Shown: positions 41,035 through 59,500 of the stretch, in pieces
How positions within the stretch are numbered: the stretch's first letter is position 1
Layout of the letters: each line of letters starts with the position of its first letter
Assembly: GCF_009914755.1 (NCBI RefSeq)
Contig: NC_060929.1
Reading direction: 5' to 3' (one strand)
Length of the DNA: 64,000 nt
Origin: the human T2T-CHM13v2.0 reference genome, Homo sapiens
The notes under the pieces: model-generated
Told to the model about the DNA's origin: nothing
Database searches by the model: none
Seen by the model: the letters and a program-made list of their open reading frames with translations, nothing else
Program-made: the position numbers and the translations under genes

Positions 41035-42435
41035 GTCTAAGTGCATTGCAATGGCGGATCTCTGAGTAGGCGCTGTTACTATTACCTGCATTGTCCACAT
41101 GAAGACAATGAGGTGCAGATTAGCTAATGAAGCAGCCCAAGTTCAAGAAGATAAGTGACAGAGCTGGGGCTTGAACAAGCACATGTCACAGGACCCAGAC
41201 AGCTGTGTCTGGGCTGCCTGAGCTCTTCCCAGCTTCCATAGCTGAAAGGTGTTAGTGGCTTCAGCCTTTGAATAGCAGGCTTGCTTTGAAGGAAAACATC
41301 ATAGCTGTGTCTCCTCCATGACCTACTTTGAAGAATTGAAAGAAATGTTTGTGGTTCTGCAATGGAATTTAACACTTTCCTTAGAAACTTGCTCTTCTGG
41401 GGGAGGAGCCAAGATGGCCAAATAGGAAAAGCTCCGGTTTACAGCTCCCAGCATGAGCGATGCAGAAGACGGGTGATTTCTGCATTTCCATCTGAGGTAC
41501 CGGGTTCATCTCACTAGGGAGTGCCAGACAGTGGGCACAGGTCAGTGGGTGCAGCGTACCGTGCACCAGCCGAAGCAGGGCGAGGCACTGCTTCACTCTG
41601 GAAGTGCAAGGGGCCAGGGAGTTCCCTTTCCTAGTCAAAGAAAGGGGTGACAGTCGGCACCTGGAAAATCGGGTCACTCCCACCCGAATACTGCGCATTT
41701 CCGACTGGCTTAAGAAACGGCGCACCAGGAGATTATATCCTGCACATGGCTGGGAGGGATCTACGCCCACGGGGTCTCACTGATTGCTAGCACAGCAGTC
41801 TGAGATCAAACTGCAAGGTGGCAGTGAGGCTGGGGGAGGGGCGCCCGCCATTGCCCAGGCTTGCTTAGGTAAACAAAGCAGCCGGGAAGCTCCAACTGGG
41901 TGGAGCCCACCACAGCTCAAGGAGGCCTGCCTGCCTCTGTAGGCTCCACCTCTTGGGGCAGGGCACAGAAAAACAAAAAGACAGCAGTAACCTCTGCAGA
42001 CTTAAATGTCCCTGTCTGACAGCTTTGAAGAGAGCAGTGGTTCTCCCAGCACGCAGCTGGAGATCTGAGAACGGGCGGACTGCCTCCTCAAGTGGGTCCC
42101 TGACCTCTGACCCTTGAGCAGCCTAACTGAGAGGCACCCCCCAGTAGGGGCAGACTGACACCTCACACGGCCGGGTACTCCTCTGAGACAAAACTTCCAG
42201 AGGAACGATCAGACAGCAGCATTCGCGGTTCACAAAAAACCACTGTTCTACAGACACTGCTGCTGATACCCAGGCAAATAGGGTCTGGAGTGGACCTCTA
42301 GCAAACTTCAACAGACCTGCAGCTGAGGGTCCTGTCTGTTAGAAGGAAAACTAACAAACAGAAAGGACATCCACACAAAAAAACCCATCTGTACATCACC
42401 ATCATCAAAGACCAAAAGTAGATAAAACCACAAAG

Positions 42436-43452
42436 ATGGGGGAAAAACAGAGCAGAAAAACTGGAAACTCTAAAAAGCAGAGCGCCTCTCCTACTCCAAA
42501 GGATCACAGTTTCTCACCAGCAATGGAACAAAGCTGGACAGAGAATGACTTTGACGAGTTGAGAGAAGAAGGCTTCAGACGATCAAACTACTCCGAGCTA
42601 CAGGAGGAAATTCAAACCAAAGGCAAAGAAGTTAAAAACTTTGAAAAAAATTTAGGCAAATGTATAACTAGAATAACCAATACAGAGAAGTGCTTAAAGG
42701 AGCTGATGGAGCTGAAAGCCAAGGCTCAAGAACTACGTGAAGAATGCAGAAGCCTCAGGAGCCGATGTGATCAACTGGAAGAAAAGGTATCAGTGATGGA
42801 AGATAAAATGAATGAAATGAAGCGAGAAGGGAAGTTTAGAGAACAAAGAATAAAAGGAAACGAACGAAGCCTCCAAGAAATATGGGACTATATGAAAAGA
42901 CCAAATCTACGTCTGATTGGTGTACCTGAAAGTGACGGGGAGAGTGGAACCAAGTTGGAAAACACTCTGCAGGATATTATCCAGGAGAACTTCCCCAATC
43001 TAGCAAGGCAGGCCAACATTCAGATTCAGGAAATACAGAGAACGCCACAAAGATACTCCTTGAGAAGAGCAACTCCAAGACACATAATTGTCAGATTCAC
43101 CAAAGTTGAAATGAAGGAAAAAATGTTAAGGGCAGCCAGAGAGAAAGGTCGGGTTACCCTCAAAGGGAAGCCCATCAGACTAACAGCGGATCTCTCCACA
43201 GAAACTCTACAAGCCAGAAGAGAGTGGGGGCCAATATTCAACATTCTTAAAGAAAAGAATTTTCAACACAGAATTTCATACCCAGCCAAACTAAGCTTCA
43301 TAAGTGAAGGAGAAATAAAATACTTTACAGACAAGCAAATGCTGAGAGATTTTGTCACCACCAGGCCTGCCCTAAAAGAGCTCCTGAAGGAAGCACTAAA
43401 CATGGAAAGGAACAACCAGTACCAGCCGCTGCAAAATCATGCCAAAATGTAA
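42436..43452 (+). CDS. L1 B ORF1p, intact 338 aa
   Basis: Full open frame retaining the REKG, ARR and YPAKLS motifs. Confidence 0.9.
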   Translation: MGEKQSRKTGNSKKQSASPTPKDHSFSPAMEQSWTENDFDELREEGFRRSNYSELQEEIQTKGKEVKNFEKNLGKCITRITNTEKCLKELMELKAKAQELREECRSLRSRCDQLEEKVSVMEDKMNEMKREGKFREQRIKGNERSLQEIWDYMKRPNLRLIGVPESDGESGTKLENTLQDIIQENFPNLARQANIQIQEIQRTPQRYSLRRATPRHIIVRFTKVEMKEKMLRAAREKGRVTLKGKPIRLTADLSTETLQARREWGPIFNILKEKNFQHRISYPAKLSFISEGEIKYFTDKQMLRDFVTTRPALKELLKEALNMERNNQYQPLQNHAKM

Positions 43453-43488
43453 AGACCATAGAGACTAGGAAGAAACCGCATCAACTAA

Positions 43489-47353
<3,865 letters not shown>

Positions 47354-48502
47354 ACAATGAGAACACTTGGACACAGGAAGGGGAACATCACAGTCTGGGG
47401 ACTGTTGTGGGGTGGGGGGAGCGGGGAGGGATAGCATTGGGAGGTATACCTAATGCTAGATGACGAGTTAGTGGGTGCAGCGCACCAGCATGTCACATGT
47501 ATACATATGTAACTAACCTGCACATTGTGCACATGTACCCTAAAACTTAAAGTATAAGAATAAAAAAATAAAAAATAAATAAATAAATAAAATAAAAAAT
47601 AAAAAAAAAGAAACTTGCTCTTCTTCTCTTTCCTTTCTCAGCAAAACAGCACCTCCAATGAGCCCATTGCTCAATTCAGAAATTTTAGCTTTCTTCTTTT
47701 CCAAAAACCCCTAGCCTATTACAAAGTTGTGGAGTATCATGCCTATAAATTCAATTATACAATAATCTGAAGCAATAACCTGTTTTTTCTCATAAAACTA
47801 TGATGTGAATATTTTCATAGATTATTAAATATTCGTCTTCAGTATAACATTTAATGGCAGGATAATATCCCATCTTTGAGAAGTAGCCAATCTATGTAAC
47901 TAATTCTCCATTTTGGTGCACTGCAAGTTTTTAATTTCACTGATGCTTCATGTATCATGATAATTTTGGAATGCACTGCACGCTTTGTGTGCATCATTTA
48001 ATTTAATCCTCACAACATTTTTACATGGGAATCATCACTGCCATGCCCAATTATAAAAAATGTTCAGGAAGTCGCCCCATAGCAGATCCTCAGCAGGTTT
48101 GGGTTTCAATAGCTCCAGCAATCACGCTTCAGCTCACACAGCATTGCTGCACTAAATGAAATTTCTCTATATTCAACTATTAAGATTCAAACAGGAAAAA
48201 CAATAGAAAACATTTTATCATATTTTTTCCAAGTGTCCAAATCAAGGTAGAATTTTAATAATAATAAGCTCTGATATTCAGTCTCTCTATACCCTTAATA
48301 AAGACAATTGTTGCCACTACACATTCAGAAAAAGAACTTCAATTCTGACACAATTATGTTACTAACCATTAATAATTTAAAATGACATCTGCCCTTGTAC
48401 CACATTCAAAGAGTTTTCTAAGAATGTTTTTTTGTATCCACAAAATTTTATACAGAATTATGACTGCATTTGAGAAACATTTTGAGCATTCTCCAATACT
48501 TA

Positions 48503-48826
<324 letters not shown>

Positions 48827-49620
48827 TCATTCTTATCACTGAAGTAAGTCATCTAAACATCTTTACTAAATGGTCCTTTAGTTTCAGTGACTGTTTATTC
48901 TCCAAAATATTGAAATTTTTCTTCTCCAAACTGTAGTCTCTAATATTGTTTTTCCATTAATATGTATCTGCCTTACTGCCAATTAAAAAAGCAGTATACA
49001 TTATATACTTTATATCTTTAAGGCATAAGGTATTTTAAATAAAATAGAAAAATAATTGTTTCTATTGTCCCATGTTGTTCTCCTCCTATTTTTGTCTTTT
49101 GAGTCTCTTTACCAGTTCAGAGGCAAATGCCATTTGTCCTATAGTTAGGCTTGAAAAGTTGTAGTCTTTTGAAGGACATAGAGATTCAGAAGATTAAAAT
49201 ATTTTATCCTATATTACTGTAGTGATCATATACTTCAACTTGCAGAACAGAAAACTTCACTAAAAATATGAGAAGATACAAATATTCTAAGCTTAATGAG
49301 GGCCATATGTCCAGCAGGAAACAGCTTATTACAATGCTTGCAATAAATACTCATAAGTATGACCAACACAGATAGAGAAATAGAATAATACAGAAATGGG
49401 GCAATTCTGGGGTCATAGGGTGGGGGACAGGCACAAGGTGCAACCTGGAAAGGCAAACGAGCTTCAATTCAAGGGCTAACTTCCGTCATTAGACAGTGGC
49501 TGAACGGAACACATGAGAAAATAGATTCTAAGGCTGTGCCTTTGTGTTTGGGGAGGGTTTTTGTCATTGATTAGTGATGTCCTCTGAGTAAGAATGGTGG
49601 TAGGGATGTTATGAACTCAC

Positions 49621-49710
49621 CCAGTAGAGGATGAGATATGAGAAAGATATTGAAAGGACTTAAATACTAGGAAGCAGCGAGGAGCAGGCAACAAAAATCC
49701 CAGGGTATAC
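49621..49710 (-). other. Candidate 90-nt minus-strand internal exon
   Basis: Minus-strand acceptor ...gtctcttccaacctccAG and donor TGG|GTGAGT in non-repetitive DNA. Confidence 0.3.
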
Positions 49711-51190
49711 CTGGAGGTTGGAAGAGACACCAGACTAAGGAGAAGAGGAAGGCACATGGGCCCGGCGAGGATGCAGCACCAAGGGAGGCTTATTTGGGCA
49801 GCTCCCTCTTGGCTCACAGCCTGCATTTGGATTCCCCTAAAAACACAGATCCCGGCACTACTCCACCGCCAGCCAACTCCCAGAACAGGGCCCACATGTG
49901 GAGACACAAAGCTATCCTGCCTTCTAGGACCATTCAAGACATTTGAAATCCAGAGTATGTGTCAGCACTATATGTCATAGAATGTTAGAGTAGGAATTTT
50001 AAACAGTTTTATTTCTTTTTTTAAAAATTTCTGTTCCAAGTAGCCCCTTAAAAGTAGTGCTTTTTGGATATATCTTTCTTGCTCTCCATTTTTCTATCTG
50101 CTCATTGCCACTTATTATTAGGAAACATGAATGCAGCAGCTCTTTCATCGTTCTAATTTTCTTCTTTTTTATTTTTTATTTGTTATTTCAATGGGTTTTT
50201 GGGGAAATATTTTTATTTCAATATCCCCCAAATAACTTTGTAAAACAATTTACCCCTGACATACTGTTTACCATGAAAGCTAAAAAATTCAGTCAAATGA
50301 TTAAATACTAGCAAAAGATATTATTTCCAAAGCACTATAAATATTGACATTTTAAATAGAAACAAATATTTCGCTCTTTTAAATGTATCTAAAAGAATTT
50401 AAACTATCTATTGATTTGATACCCACATCATCCATTTTAACAAAATATGAACAAATTCTTCTTGGAAAACCTGAAAGTCTCTATTTTTTTTCTTTCTTCA
50501 ACTTGCATTATCATTTTACTTCCTCACAGAATTTCCCTCTAGTATAGTATATTTTATGTTTGAAATGTGGTCACCCTGTCCTGCCACTCTGCAACAAAAT
50601 TATAGATATAAATATAAAATCTAGAATGCTTTTATTTCTTGTGACCGTATCTAAAGTTAATATAGTATCTTCCAGATTATCATTGAAACCATTAAGAGTT
50701 TCAATTTTATTTTCAATTTCAGTTTACAATTTACCAACATAACATAAATATATTACAAATTTTGAGAAACAATTGTAAAGCTTGAGAAGTAAAATTTTGC
50801 TTGAAATCCATCTTTTGATGTGTTAGGTGAGAATGCTTTTTAAACATTAGTTAATGGATCCATGGATAAAAAAATGCATATCACTAAAACGAGACAAATG
50901 TAGCATCAGCTCTACTCTTTTTTATAAATCAGATGGATGCAAAGTATGAGAAACGGTTCTCATGAGTAAATAGAGTATTTTTATTATTGCCTTGCCTGTC
51001 AATTCTTTGAATTCCTTCTAACTTGAAAACCCATCTACCACTCAAAGAACTCCTACACCACTGTTTTGAACAAATTCTTTGTTTAGGGCACCCCAGGTTT
51101 TCACGGTCTCAGAGCTCCTTAAGGTGTGTACCTGCTTGAGTAAAGTGGGAGACAGTAAATCATGAAGTGGAAAGTAAAACAGGTGAAACT

Positions 51191-51532
<342 letters not shown>

Positions 51533-51957
51533 TTAGAGAGTTCCCAAGAATTTTAAGGTGAATCTGAAAAATAATTCCCTTAACACCACCTTTGGCTGTG
51601 TAAAGTACCCCCAGGGAGGGAGCTGATAGCCCATTATAGAGACCTTTGGTTTAGAGAAGGAAGAGGTTATGGGGAGTTCAGGAAAATTTCATGGAGAAAC
51701 TGGTATTTAAGTGAGCCTCAAAGGGTGAGTGGGATATTAATACTAAAAATTTACTCAAATTAATTTTATTCTTTCATTCATAGATGGTACTGCTTATCAC
51801 CTAAAAATTCCACAGACACACAGAAACCATATTTGTACATTAATTTACTGTTTGGGAAATATTATAATAATATATTATAAACATAATGATATAAACTATA
51901 ATGTCTTTTATCACTGAGCATTGAGCCACCCGGGAAAACAAAAACATTTCTTTAGGT

Positions 51958-52326
51958 TGTTACAATGGATTGAATGTTTGTGTCCCCCAAAATTCATATG
52001 TTGAAATCCAAACCTCCAATGTGATGGCATTTGGAGGTGGGGCCTTTGGGAGGTAATTAGGTCCTGAGGGTGGAGCCCTCATGAATGGAATCAGTGCTCT
52101 TATAAAGGGGACTCCAGAGAGCTTTCTCACCTTCTTTCCACCATGTGAGGACGCAGCAAGAAGATGGTATCTATGAACCATAAAAGAGGTCCTCACCAGA
52201 CACAGAGTCCCCCAGCACCTTGATCTTGGACTTCCAGCCTCTAGAACTATGAGAAACAAATATTTGTTGTTTTAAGCCTCTCGGTCTATTGTATTTTGTT
52301 ATGGCAGCCACAGGACTGACTAACAC
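51958..52326 (+). mobile_element. MLT1A0-type solo LTR
   Basis: gattgaatgtttgtgtcccccaaaattcatatgttgaaatcc...gactaacaca. Confidence 0.9.
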
Positions 52327-52888
52327 ATTGTCTAATGAGTTCAATTATAAAAATATAATGTGTCAATTAGAAAATTATAAAGAATCAGAATAATCATGAC
52401 AAAATTGGAACTCGTGACATCAATGAGATTGAGTCTTTTAAATCTAATTCTTAAAATTTTTGGCAGTTATTCCCTATGGCTTTAATACAATGGATATATT
52501 AGTAATTACTTTATTATCATTTAGTAAATTATAAATAATCAAATTAGGATTAGGTAGAATTCTATAAAAATGAAAATATATTTCTCTATAGAACAAGCAA
52601 TTAACAAATATGCATTGACTTCCAACCCTGTTCAAGTAAAGAAATATATGTGAGGTAATTTCTCTATACTTCTTCAGTGGAGTTATTAAAATATTTGATA
52701 TTAAAAGTCTTGTGAAGCAAAGTACATTATATTTTAGGGTCACCTCATTAAATTCTTGCAGAAAACCTAAAGTAACTCACAAGTATGTCCCATAAATAAT
52801 TAATGAAACTGTGATAGTGCAAAATATAATTAATCTACAAACATTATTGGGCATCCCTTCTAGCACCATGTTAGGAGGTATGTGAGGG

Positions 52889-52958
52889 GGTGTGTGTGTG
52901 TGTGCGCGCGTGCGTGTGCTGAGGGTGTGTGTGTGTGTGCACACGTGTGTGTGTGTGT
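52889..52958. repeat. (TG)n/(CG)n alternating purine-pyrimidine tract
   Basis: gtgtgtgtgtgtgtgcgcgcgtgcgtgtg...; a similar tract lies at ~10591-10648. Confidence 0.9.
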
Positions 52959-53184
52959 TTGGACATCCCCACTCAGAGAGATGGATAAATCAAGGGAACC
53001 TACTACTATAGTAAAGGACAGTAGATGTTACCACTTACGGAAGTACAGATCCTATGGCAGCCAAAAGGTGGAGCATGAATGTCAACTTTGTGGGGAGATA
53101 ATCATAAAACTCTTTTTGGAAGAGCTAAATCTTGGTTTAGAGAGCCAGAAGGTAAGCAAAAATGCTTGATTTCTTCCTGAAAGT

Positions 53185-53790
53185 AGAAGGCTTAGACTAT
53201 GAGATAAGGAGGTCTGGAGTAAAGGCAAGTAGTAGATACATGGCAGTGAGTGGACACACCAAAAAAGAGTTTACCGCACCCATTATGGTCCATCAGAGAA
53301 CATCCTCCATGAAAGAGTGTCTGACCAACCCAGGAAGACAAAATGACTAGGTTAGTTGATGTTTGCCAGCCTTTGTCAGCAGCCACACCAGAACTTGTGT
53401 GACAGGAAAATTAATAGAGGTGCCATGAGGGCAGCGATGGAGGCTATACATGGGCCCAACAGCATGGATTCCCAATTACCACGGCTGATCTACGTCCTGC
53501 TACCACTGGCCCTCCAACCTATCAGCAGCAAAGAACTATGGTAAGACCTGATGTCCCTGTTTTTCAAGTGAACAACCAGCTTCTTGATAGCAAGTCAACC
53601 ACACTGGGTACTTTCCATGTGGGAAAGGCCAGCAGTTCATCTTTGCAGGGATACTTATTCTGGCTTTGGGCTTTCATTTTCTGCCCACAAAGCTTCAACC
53701 AGCTCCCTTATCCAGGGTTTATGGCATTCCACAGGCTTGGAATCTCATCTGATAAAACGTCTCTCCAGGAGATGCATTGCACAGTTTCAC
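53185..53790 (+). mobile_element. ERVL-class pol (RNase H/integrase) fossil within L2-like DNA
   Basis: gatggaggctatacatgggcccaacagcatgga encodes DGGYTWAQQHG, typical of the ERVL integrase N-terminal region. Confidence 0.75.
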
Positions 53791-55163
53791 CGGACATATT
53801 GGGACATTTTAATCAGAAGGCTAACATGATTGATTCTGATGGTAGAAAAATCATTCTGGAAACACAGTTGAGGCTGAATTGAACAGAAATGAAACTGGAT
53901 TCAGGGAGAAGAGTTGGAAAGCAACTGAGATGTGATAAGGTTCTGAAATAAGGTAGTGGCAGTGGAAAGGGCTTAAGAGATATTAAGGAGTAGGATTTAC
54001 AGGACTTGGGGACTGATTAGATAACAGGGTTAGGGAGAGGGAGAAGTTTAAGATAACTCCTGGATCTACACTTCCTTATCATCCTGCTTTTAAAAATTAA
54101 CCATGGAGGGATAAATTAGACTTCAGTTGATTGACAGAGCTAGAAGAAAAATAACTTGAGAACTATTTTGTCTCCTTGAAATCTAAACCATTTTAATCCC
54201 ACTTGGGATCAATTCTGTTATTCATTATAATATGAAACACTATACTTTTTAAAAACTCTGAATAATGAAAGAGGAACTAATTCCCCTTTCACTATTTTAT
54301 TTTTTTCAAAAAAATATGATCCTTGCACATATATATTTGTCTGGATAGAATAAAAAGACCTTCCTTGATTCTTCCTTGTGTAATGTGTGGGCAAAAGGGA
54401 AAAGAATGAAAATAGAGGTTACTTTGAATTATTAATGATCTAATCATAACAGCTTAATTCAATCCAGTAAAATCCATTTATTGAGTTTCTATGCCATGTG
54501 ATGCTCTGGCTGGGTGCTGGGCTGTACCATGCCTATGCCAATTAGAGGCTGCTGAAAATGCAGTGCCCAGTGGGAGCTCCTGAGCTAGACAGAACAGGTG
54601 ACCAAATGATTTGTCTATGGAATTGCCAGGACAGAGTTACAAAATGAGTTTGAAAGCCTGGAAACAGAGCCTGAGTTACAGAAATTTTTGTGCTCTAGTT
54701 TTTTGCATATGTAAATGGATTAAAACAGTGTGTGATATTTGATTTGGCACACTAGATTTGAAAGTGAAAGATCTGCTTTGTGAAAGACTGCTGAATTAGA
54801 TTCCTGGAAACTTTCCCTATCACTCCAGCTAGGTGGACTGGGTGATTTCTTAACTCTTGTTAATGGATGGCTAACCTCAATATCTTTGCTTTACATCCTG
54901 ATGTCTTTAGGTCTAAAATAAACAAACAAATTCAGAAGTAGTTTCTCCTTTAATATAAATCAAAAAAAAAGCAGAAAGAAACATCATATATCAATGATGA
55001 TGTTTCCTAAAAATATATTTAGAATAATTATGCAATCTTTAAACTTGCACGTCATTTTTCTTCTTTTGAATAAATATTGATCAGGAATACTATGTAAAGC
55101 ACAACTCAAAGAAATGCAAACAATGATGCAATATTAGCACATCTTCAACTACAACAAAATAAT

Positions 55164-57598
55164 TTTATTTTTATTTTTTATAATTTCAGCTTTTATTTTT
55201 GATTCAAGGGGTACGTGTGCAGATTTGTTACATGGGTATATTGCTTGATGCTGAGGTTTGGGGTATGACTGATCCTGTCATCCAGGTACTGAGCTTAGTA
55301 CCCGGTAGTTTTTCAGTCCTTGCCTCACTCCTGCATCCCTACTTTAGTAGTACCCTATTGATATCTATTGTTGCCATCTTCATGTCCATAAGTTCCCAAT
55401 ATTTAGTTCCCACTTATAAGTGAGAATATGTGGTATTTGGCTTTCTGTTCCTGCATTAATGCACTTAAGATAATGATCTCCAGTTGCATTTGTGTTGCTG
55501 CAAAGGACATAATTTCATTATTATTATTGTTCTTATTATTATTTTTGGATGGAGTCTCGCTCTGTCGCTAGGCTGGAGTGCAGTGGCTCAATCTTGGCTC
55601 ACTGCAACCTCTGCCTCCTGGGTTCAAGCAATTCTGCCTCAGCCTCCTGAGTAGCTGGGACTAGGTGTGCACCACCATGCCCAGCTAATTTTTGTATTTT
55701 TAGTAGAGTTGGGATTTCACCATGTTGGTCAGGATGGTCTCAATCTCTTGACCTCTTGATCCACCCACGCTGGCCTCCCAAAGTGCTGGGATTACAGGCA
55801 TGAGCCACCTCGTCCAGCCAATTTTATTATTTTTTATGGCTGCATGATATTCCATGGTGTATATGGACCATGTTTTCTTTATCCAATCTGTCATTGAGGA
55901 GCACCTAGGTTTATTCCATGTCTTTGCTACTGTGAATAGTGCTGTGATGAACATGTGAGTGCATGTGTCTTTTTCGTAGAATGATATATATTCCTTTGGA
56001 TATATACACAGTAATGGGATTGCTGGGTGAAATAGTAGTTGTGTTTTAAGTTTTTTGAGAAATCTCCAAACTGCTTTCCATGCTGGCTGAACTAATTTAC
56101 ATTCCCATCAGCAGTGTGTAAGTGTTCCCATTTCTCTGTCGCCCCACCAACATCTGTTGTTTTTTCGCCTTTTAATAATAGTCATTCTGAATTGTATGAG
56201 ACAGTATCTCATTGCGGTTTTGATTTGCATTTCTCTGATGATTAGTGATACTGAGCATTTTTTCATGTTTCTTAGCTGTTTGTATGTCTTCTTTTTAGAG
56301 GGGTCTGTTCATGCCTTTGGCCCACTTTTTAATGGGGTTGTTTGTTTTTTGCTTGTTGAATTGTTCACATTCCTTACAGATTCCGGATATTAGACCTTTG
56401 TCAGATGCATAGTTTGCAAATATTTTCTCCCATTCTGTAGGTAGTCTGTTTACGCTGTTGATAGTTTCTTTTGCTGTGCAGAAGATCTTTAGTTTAATTA
56501 GGTCCCACTTTTCAATTTTTCTTTCTGTTGCAACTACTTTTGAGGATTCAGTCATAAATTCTTTCTCGAGGCCAATGTTCTGAATGGTGTATCCTAGGTT
56601 TTCTTCTAGTGGTCTTATAATTTGAGGTCTTACATTTAAATTTTTAATCCATCTTGAGTTAATTTTTGTATATGATGAAAAGTAGGCATCAAGTTTTATT
56701 CTTCTGCATATGTCTAGTCAGCTTTTCCAGCACCATTTATTAAATAGGGGAATCCTTTCTCCATTGCTTATTTTTGTCGACTATGTTGAAGTTCAGGTGG
56801 ATGTAGATGTATGGCTTTATTTGTAGTTGTTCTATTTTGTTCCATTGTTCTATTATCTTTTTGTACCAGTGCCATGTTGTTTTGGTTACTGTCACCATAT
56901 AGTATAGTTTGAAGTCACATAATGTGATGCCTCCAGCTTTGTTCTTTTTGCTTAGGATTGCTTTGGCTATTCAGGCTCCTTTTTGGTTCCACAAAAATTG
57001 TAGTAAAGTTTTTTTCTAATTCTGTGAAAAATGGTATTAGTCATTTCATTGAAATAGCATTGAATCTGTAGATTGCTTTGGGCAGTGTGGCCATTTTAAC
57101 AACATTGATTCTTCCTATCTATAAGCATGGAATGGTTTTCCATTTGTCTGCATCATCTATGATCTCTTTCAGCAGTGTTTTGTAGTTCTTCTTATAGAGA
57201 GCTTTCACCTCCTTGGTTAGATGTGTTCCTAGGCATTTTATTTGTGTGTGTGTGTCAGTTGTAAATGGCATTGTGTTCTTGACTTGGTTTTCAATTTGAA
57301 CGTTATTATAGAAAGGTTACTCATTTTTGTACATTGATTTTGTATCCTGAGACTTTACTGAAGTCATTTATCAGTTCCAGGAGATTTTAAGAGGAGTCTT
57401 TACAGTTTTCTAGATATAGAATCATATTGTCAGTGAAGAGAGATAGTTTGACTTCTTCTTTTCCTATTTGGATGCCTTTTATTTCTTTGTCTTGCCTGAC
57501 TGTTCTGGTTAGGACTTCCAGTACTATATTGAATAGGAGTGGTGAGAGTAAGCATCCTTGTTTTGTTATAGTTCTCAAGGGGAATACTTCTAGCTTTT
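55164..57598 (-). mobile_element. 5'-truncated L1PA15/16-like LINE-1
   Basis: Minus-strand ORF2 peptides ([33 protein letters not shown]) and an old L1PA 3'UTR. Confidence 0.93.
55523..55819 (-). mobile_element. AluSc-like SINE nested in the L1PA15/16
   Basis: caggatggtctcaatctcttgacctc; tail decayed to (TTA)n; TSD aatttcattatt/aattttattatt. Confidence 0.9.
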
Positions 57599-58974
57599 AC
57601 CTGAAGAAAATGGCTTTCATTAACACTTTTATTCAACAACAAACCTTTATCTTTTATTTATAAAACTGTTAAGAGTTTACCATATGTCAGTCACTTGTGT
57701 GAATAATAAGGGTGTATCAGTAAATAATACAGACAAGACCTCTACTTTCAATGTCAGAAACACTTGTTTTCTGTCACATTTAATGCTACTAGGTCTCCTT
57801 TTGAATGCAAAAGGAATGAAGATAGCCAACAGTTGGGAAATTATTTTTCTAATTACTTCTATGATTTTTACCTAGTTTTCATTACTTGCATGAAGCATCC
57901 TTTAATCATGAAGCATTTTTTAAGTTCTCTGGGATCATATGGAGATAAAGAAGATATGGTTCTTATCCTTAAGGATTTTGCCCTCTAGTGAAAGTAGACC
58001 AATCCCAAGATTATGGAGCCAAACTAAGAACTCAGTGTTGTCCTTCATGTGAAGTCTTTATGAAACAAATGTCCCCAAATTACACTCCTTTGATTATACT
58101 CTCACCTGGCAATTAGCCTGCATACAGCTAAAAATGCTAAAATAAAGGAGATGGATAACATTTTAAGCATTATCAAGAGTTTCTTTTATGGAAAACCTCC
58201 TCTTAATATTACAGAAATTAATGCTTTTAATATAAAATAAAATACTGTTATGCTATAAATTTAGTAAGCGCTTAATTTTTACAGCCATTATAACAACTTC
58301 CTAGGAAACACTCACAAAACTTGAGATAAGTTTGCCATCAAATCTTTAAGAAGTGGTTGATAGTAAGTGAACATGAGAAAAACTGAGTTCTCTAGAGCAA
58401 CTGAGTTGACTTACGAGGCTGGGAAGACAACAGAGAGGTTGGCTTATAAGACTGAGAGAGAGGGAATGTCATACCTCTCACATCATAGAGGAGAAAGAGA
58501 AAGAGGAATGAATTTATTCTTGCCCAGTTTGGGATCTGAAAGCAAACAGCCATCAAAATGGTCCACAGCTATGGTGAGACATGTTCTTGCACCATTGCCA
58601 ATAGAAAAAGTGGATAGTTTCCTGTAGCTCAGTTTCACACCCTGACCTAGAGATGCTTTGAAGAAAATGGCAGCCTTTTAGTAGCTACAGAGAAAAGAAG
58701 CTAAATAAGTCATGCCAGCAGCACTGGTGATCTAGTGGCATTATTGCTACACTAAGAATATGATGGCACAAGGACATGTTGGGTGACAGCAGTGTCAAGT
58801 ATGCAGATTAATTGAAAACTCTTCATAATTCCACATAGTAGTCAATTGAGGTTTGTGAGATACCATGGGAATTCCACCCAGCTACCTCCCGTGAGTGGGA
58901 GGAAAGGGCTTAGTGGGTATGAAAGTTCCCAAGGGCGAATTCAAAGGTAAAATATCTTTATATTATCTTATAGC

Positions 58975-59098
58975 AGAGGAGGGGGGAGAAAGAGAGAGAG
59001 AGAAAGAAAGAGAGAGAGAGAGAAAGAAGAGAGAGAGAGAGAAAGAGAAAGAGAAAGAAAGAAAGAAAGAAAGAAAGAGAAAGAAAGAAAAAGAAAGA
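58975..59098. repeat. Polypurine (GA)n/(GAAA)n simple repeat
   Basis: About 120 nt of uninterrupted purines. Confidence 0.95.
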
Positions 59099-59149
59099 TC
59101 ACACTAGTTGTAATGATATTCATTCATAGACATGAGGAACTGGGAAATT

Positions 59150-59500
59150 GATTATTAACATCTGCTGTGTTTTTCTTGGAGATCACAGAATAGCTCAGTG
59201 CCCCTGAGTTTCTCAGTCTCCCTTTCAGTTAGATTTAGTTCTGGCCATTGGAATACAGTCAGAAGTAATGGAAGTCACATCTAAGACTGGCTCATGAATA
59301 CACCCTTCAAGATTATCCAGCTCTTTCCTGCCTTGCCACTGTGACTTACAAGGATTGATATGGCATAGGGACAGGATGAAAGAGGGCGGCCTGTCATCCT
59401 TTATTAGACTTTATGTAGGCAGGAACTAAACCTTTCATGTGTCAAGTTCCTCAAATTGGTCTATTGTGGCAATTGAGGTGGATTACCTGTACAAATACAA
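59150..59500 (+). mobile_element. Old MLT1(J-like) LTR
   Basis: agttctggccattggaa...agaagtaatggaagtcac; end ...ctgtacaaataca. Confidence 0.5.

Noticed and set aside
58330-58800. Possible L3/CR1 relic
   Set aside because: Similarity is too weak to call by eye.
58895-59107. K/E/R-rich ORF
   Set aside because: Read-through of a GA simple repeat.
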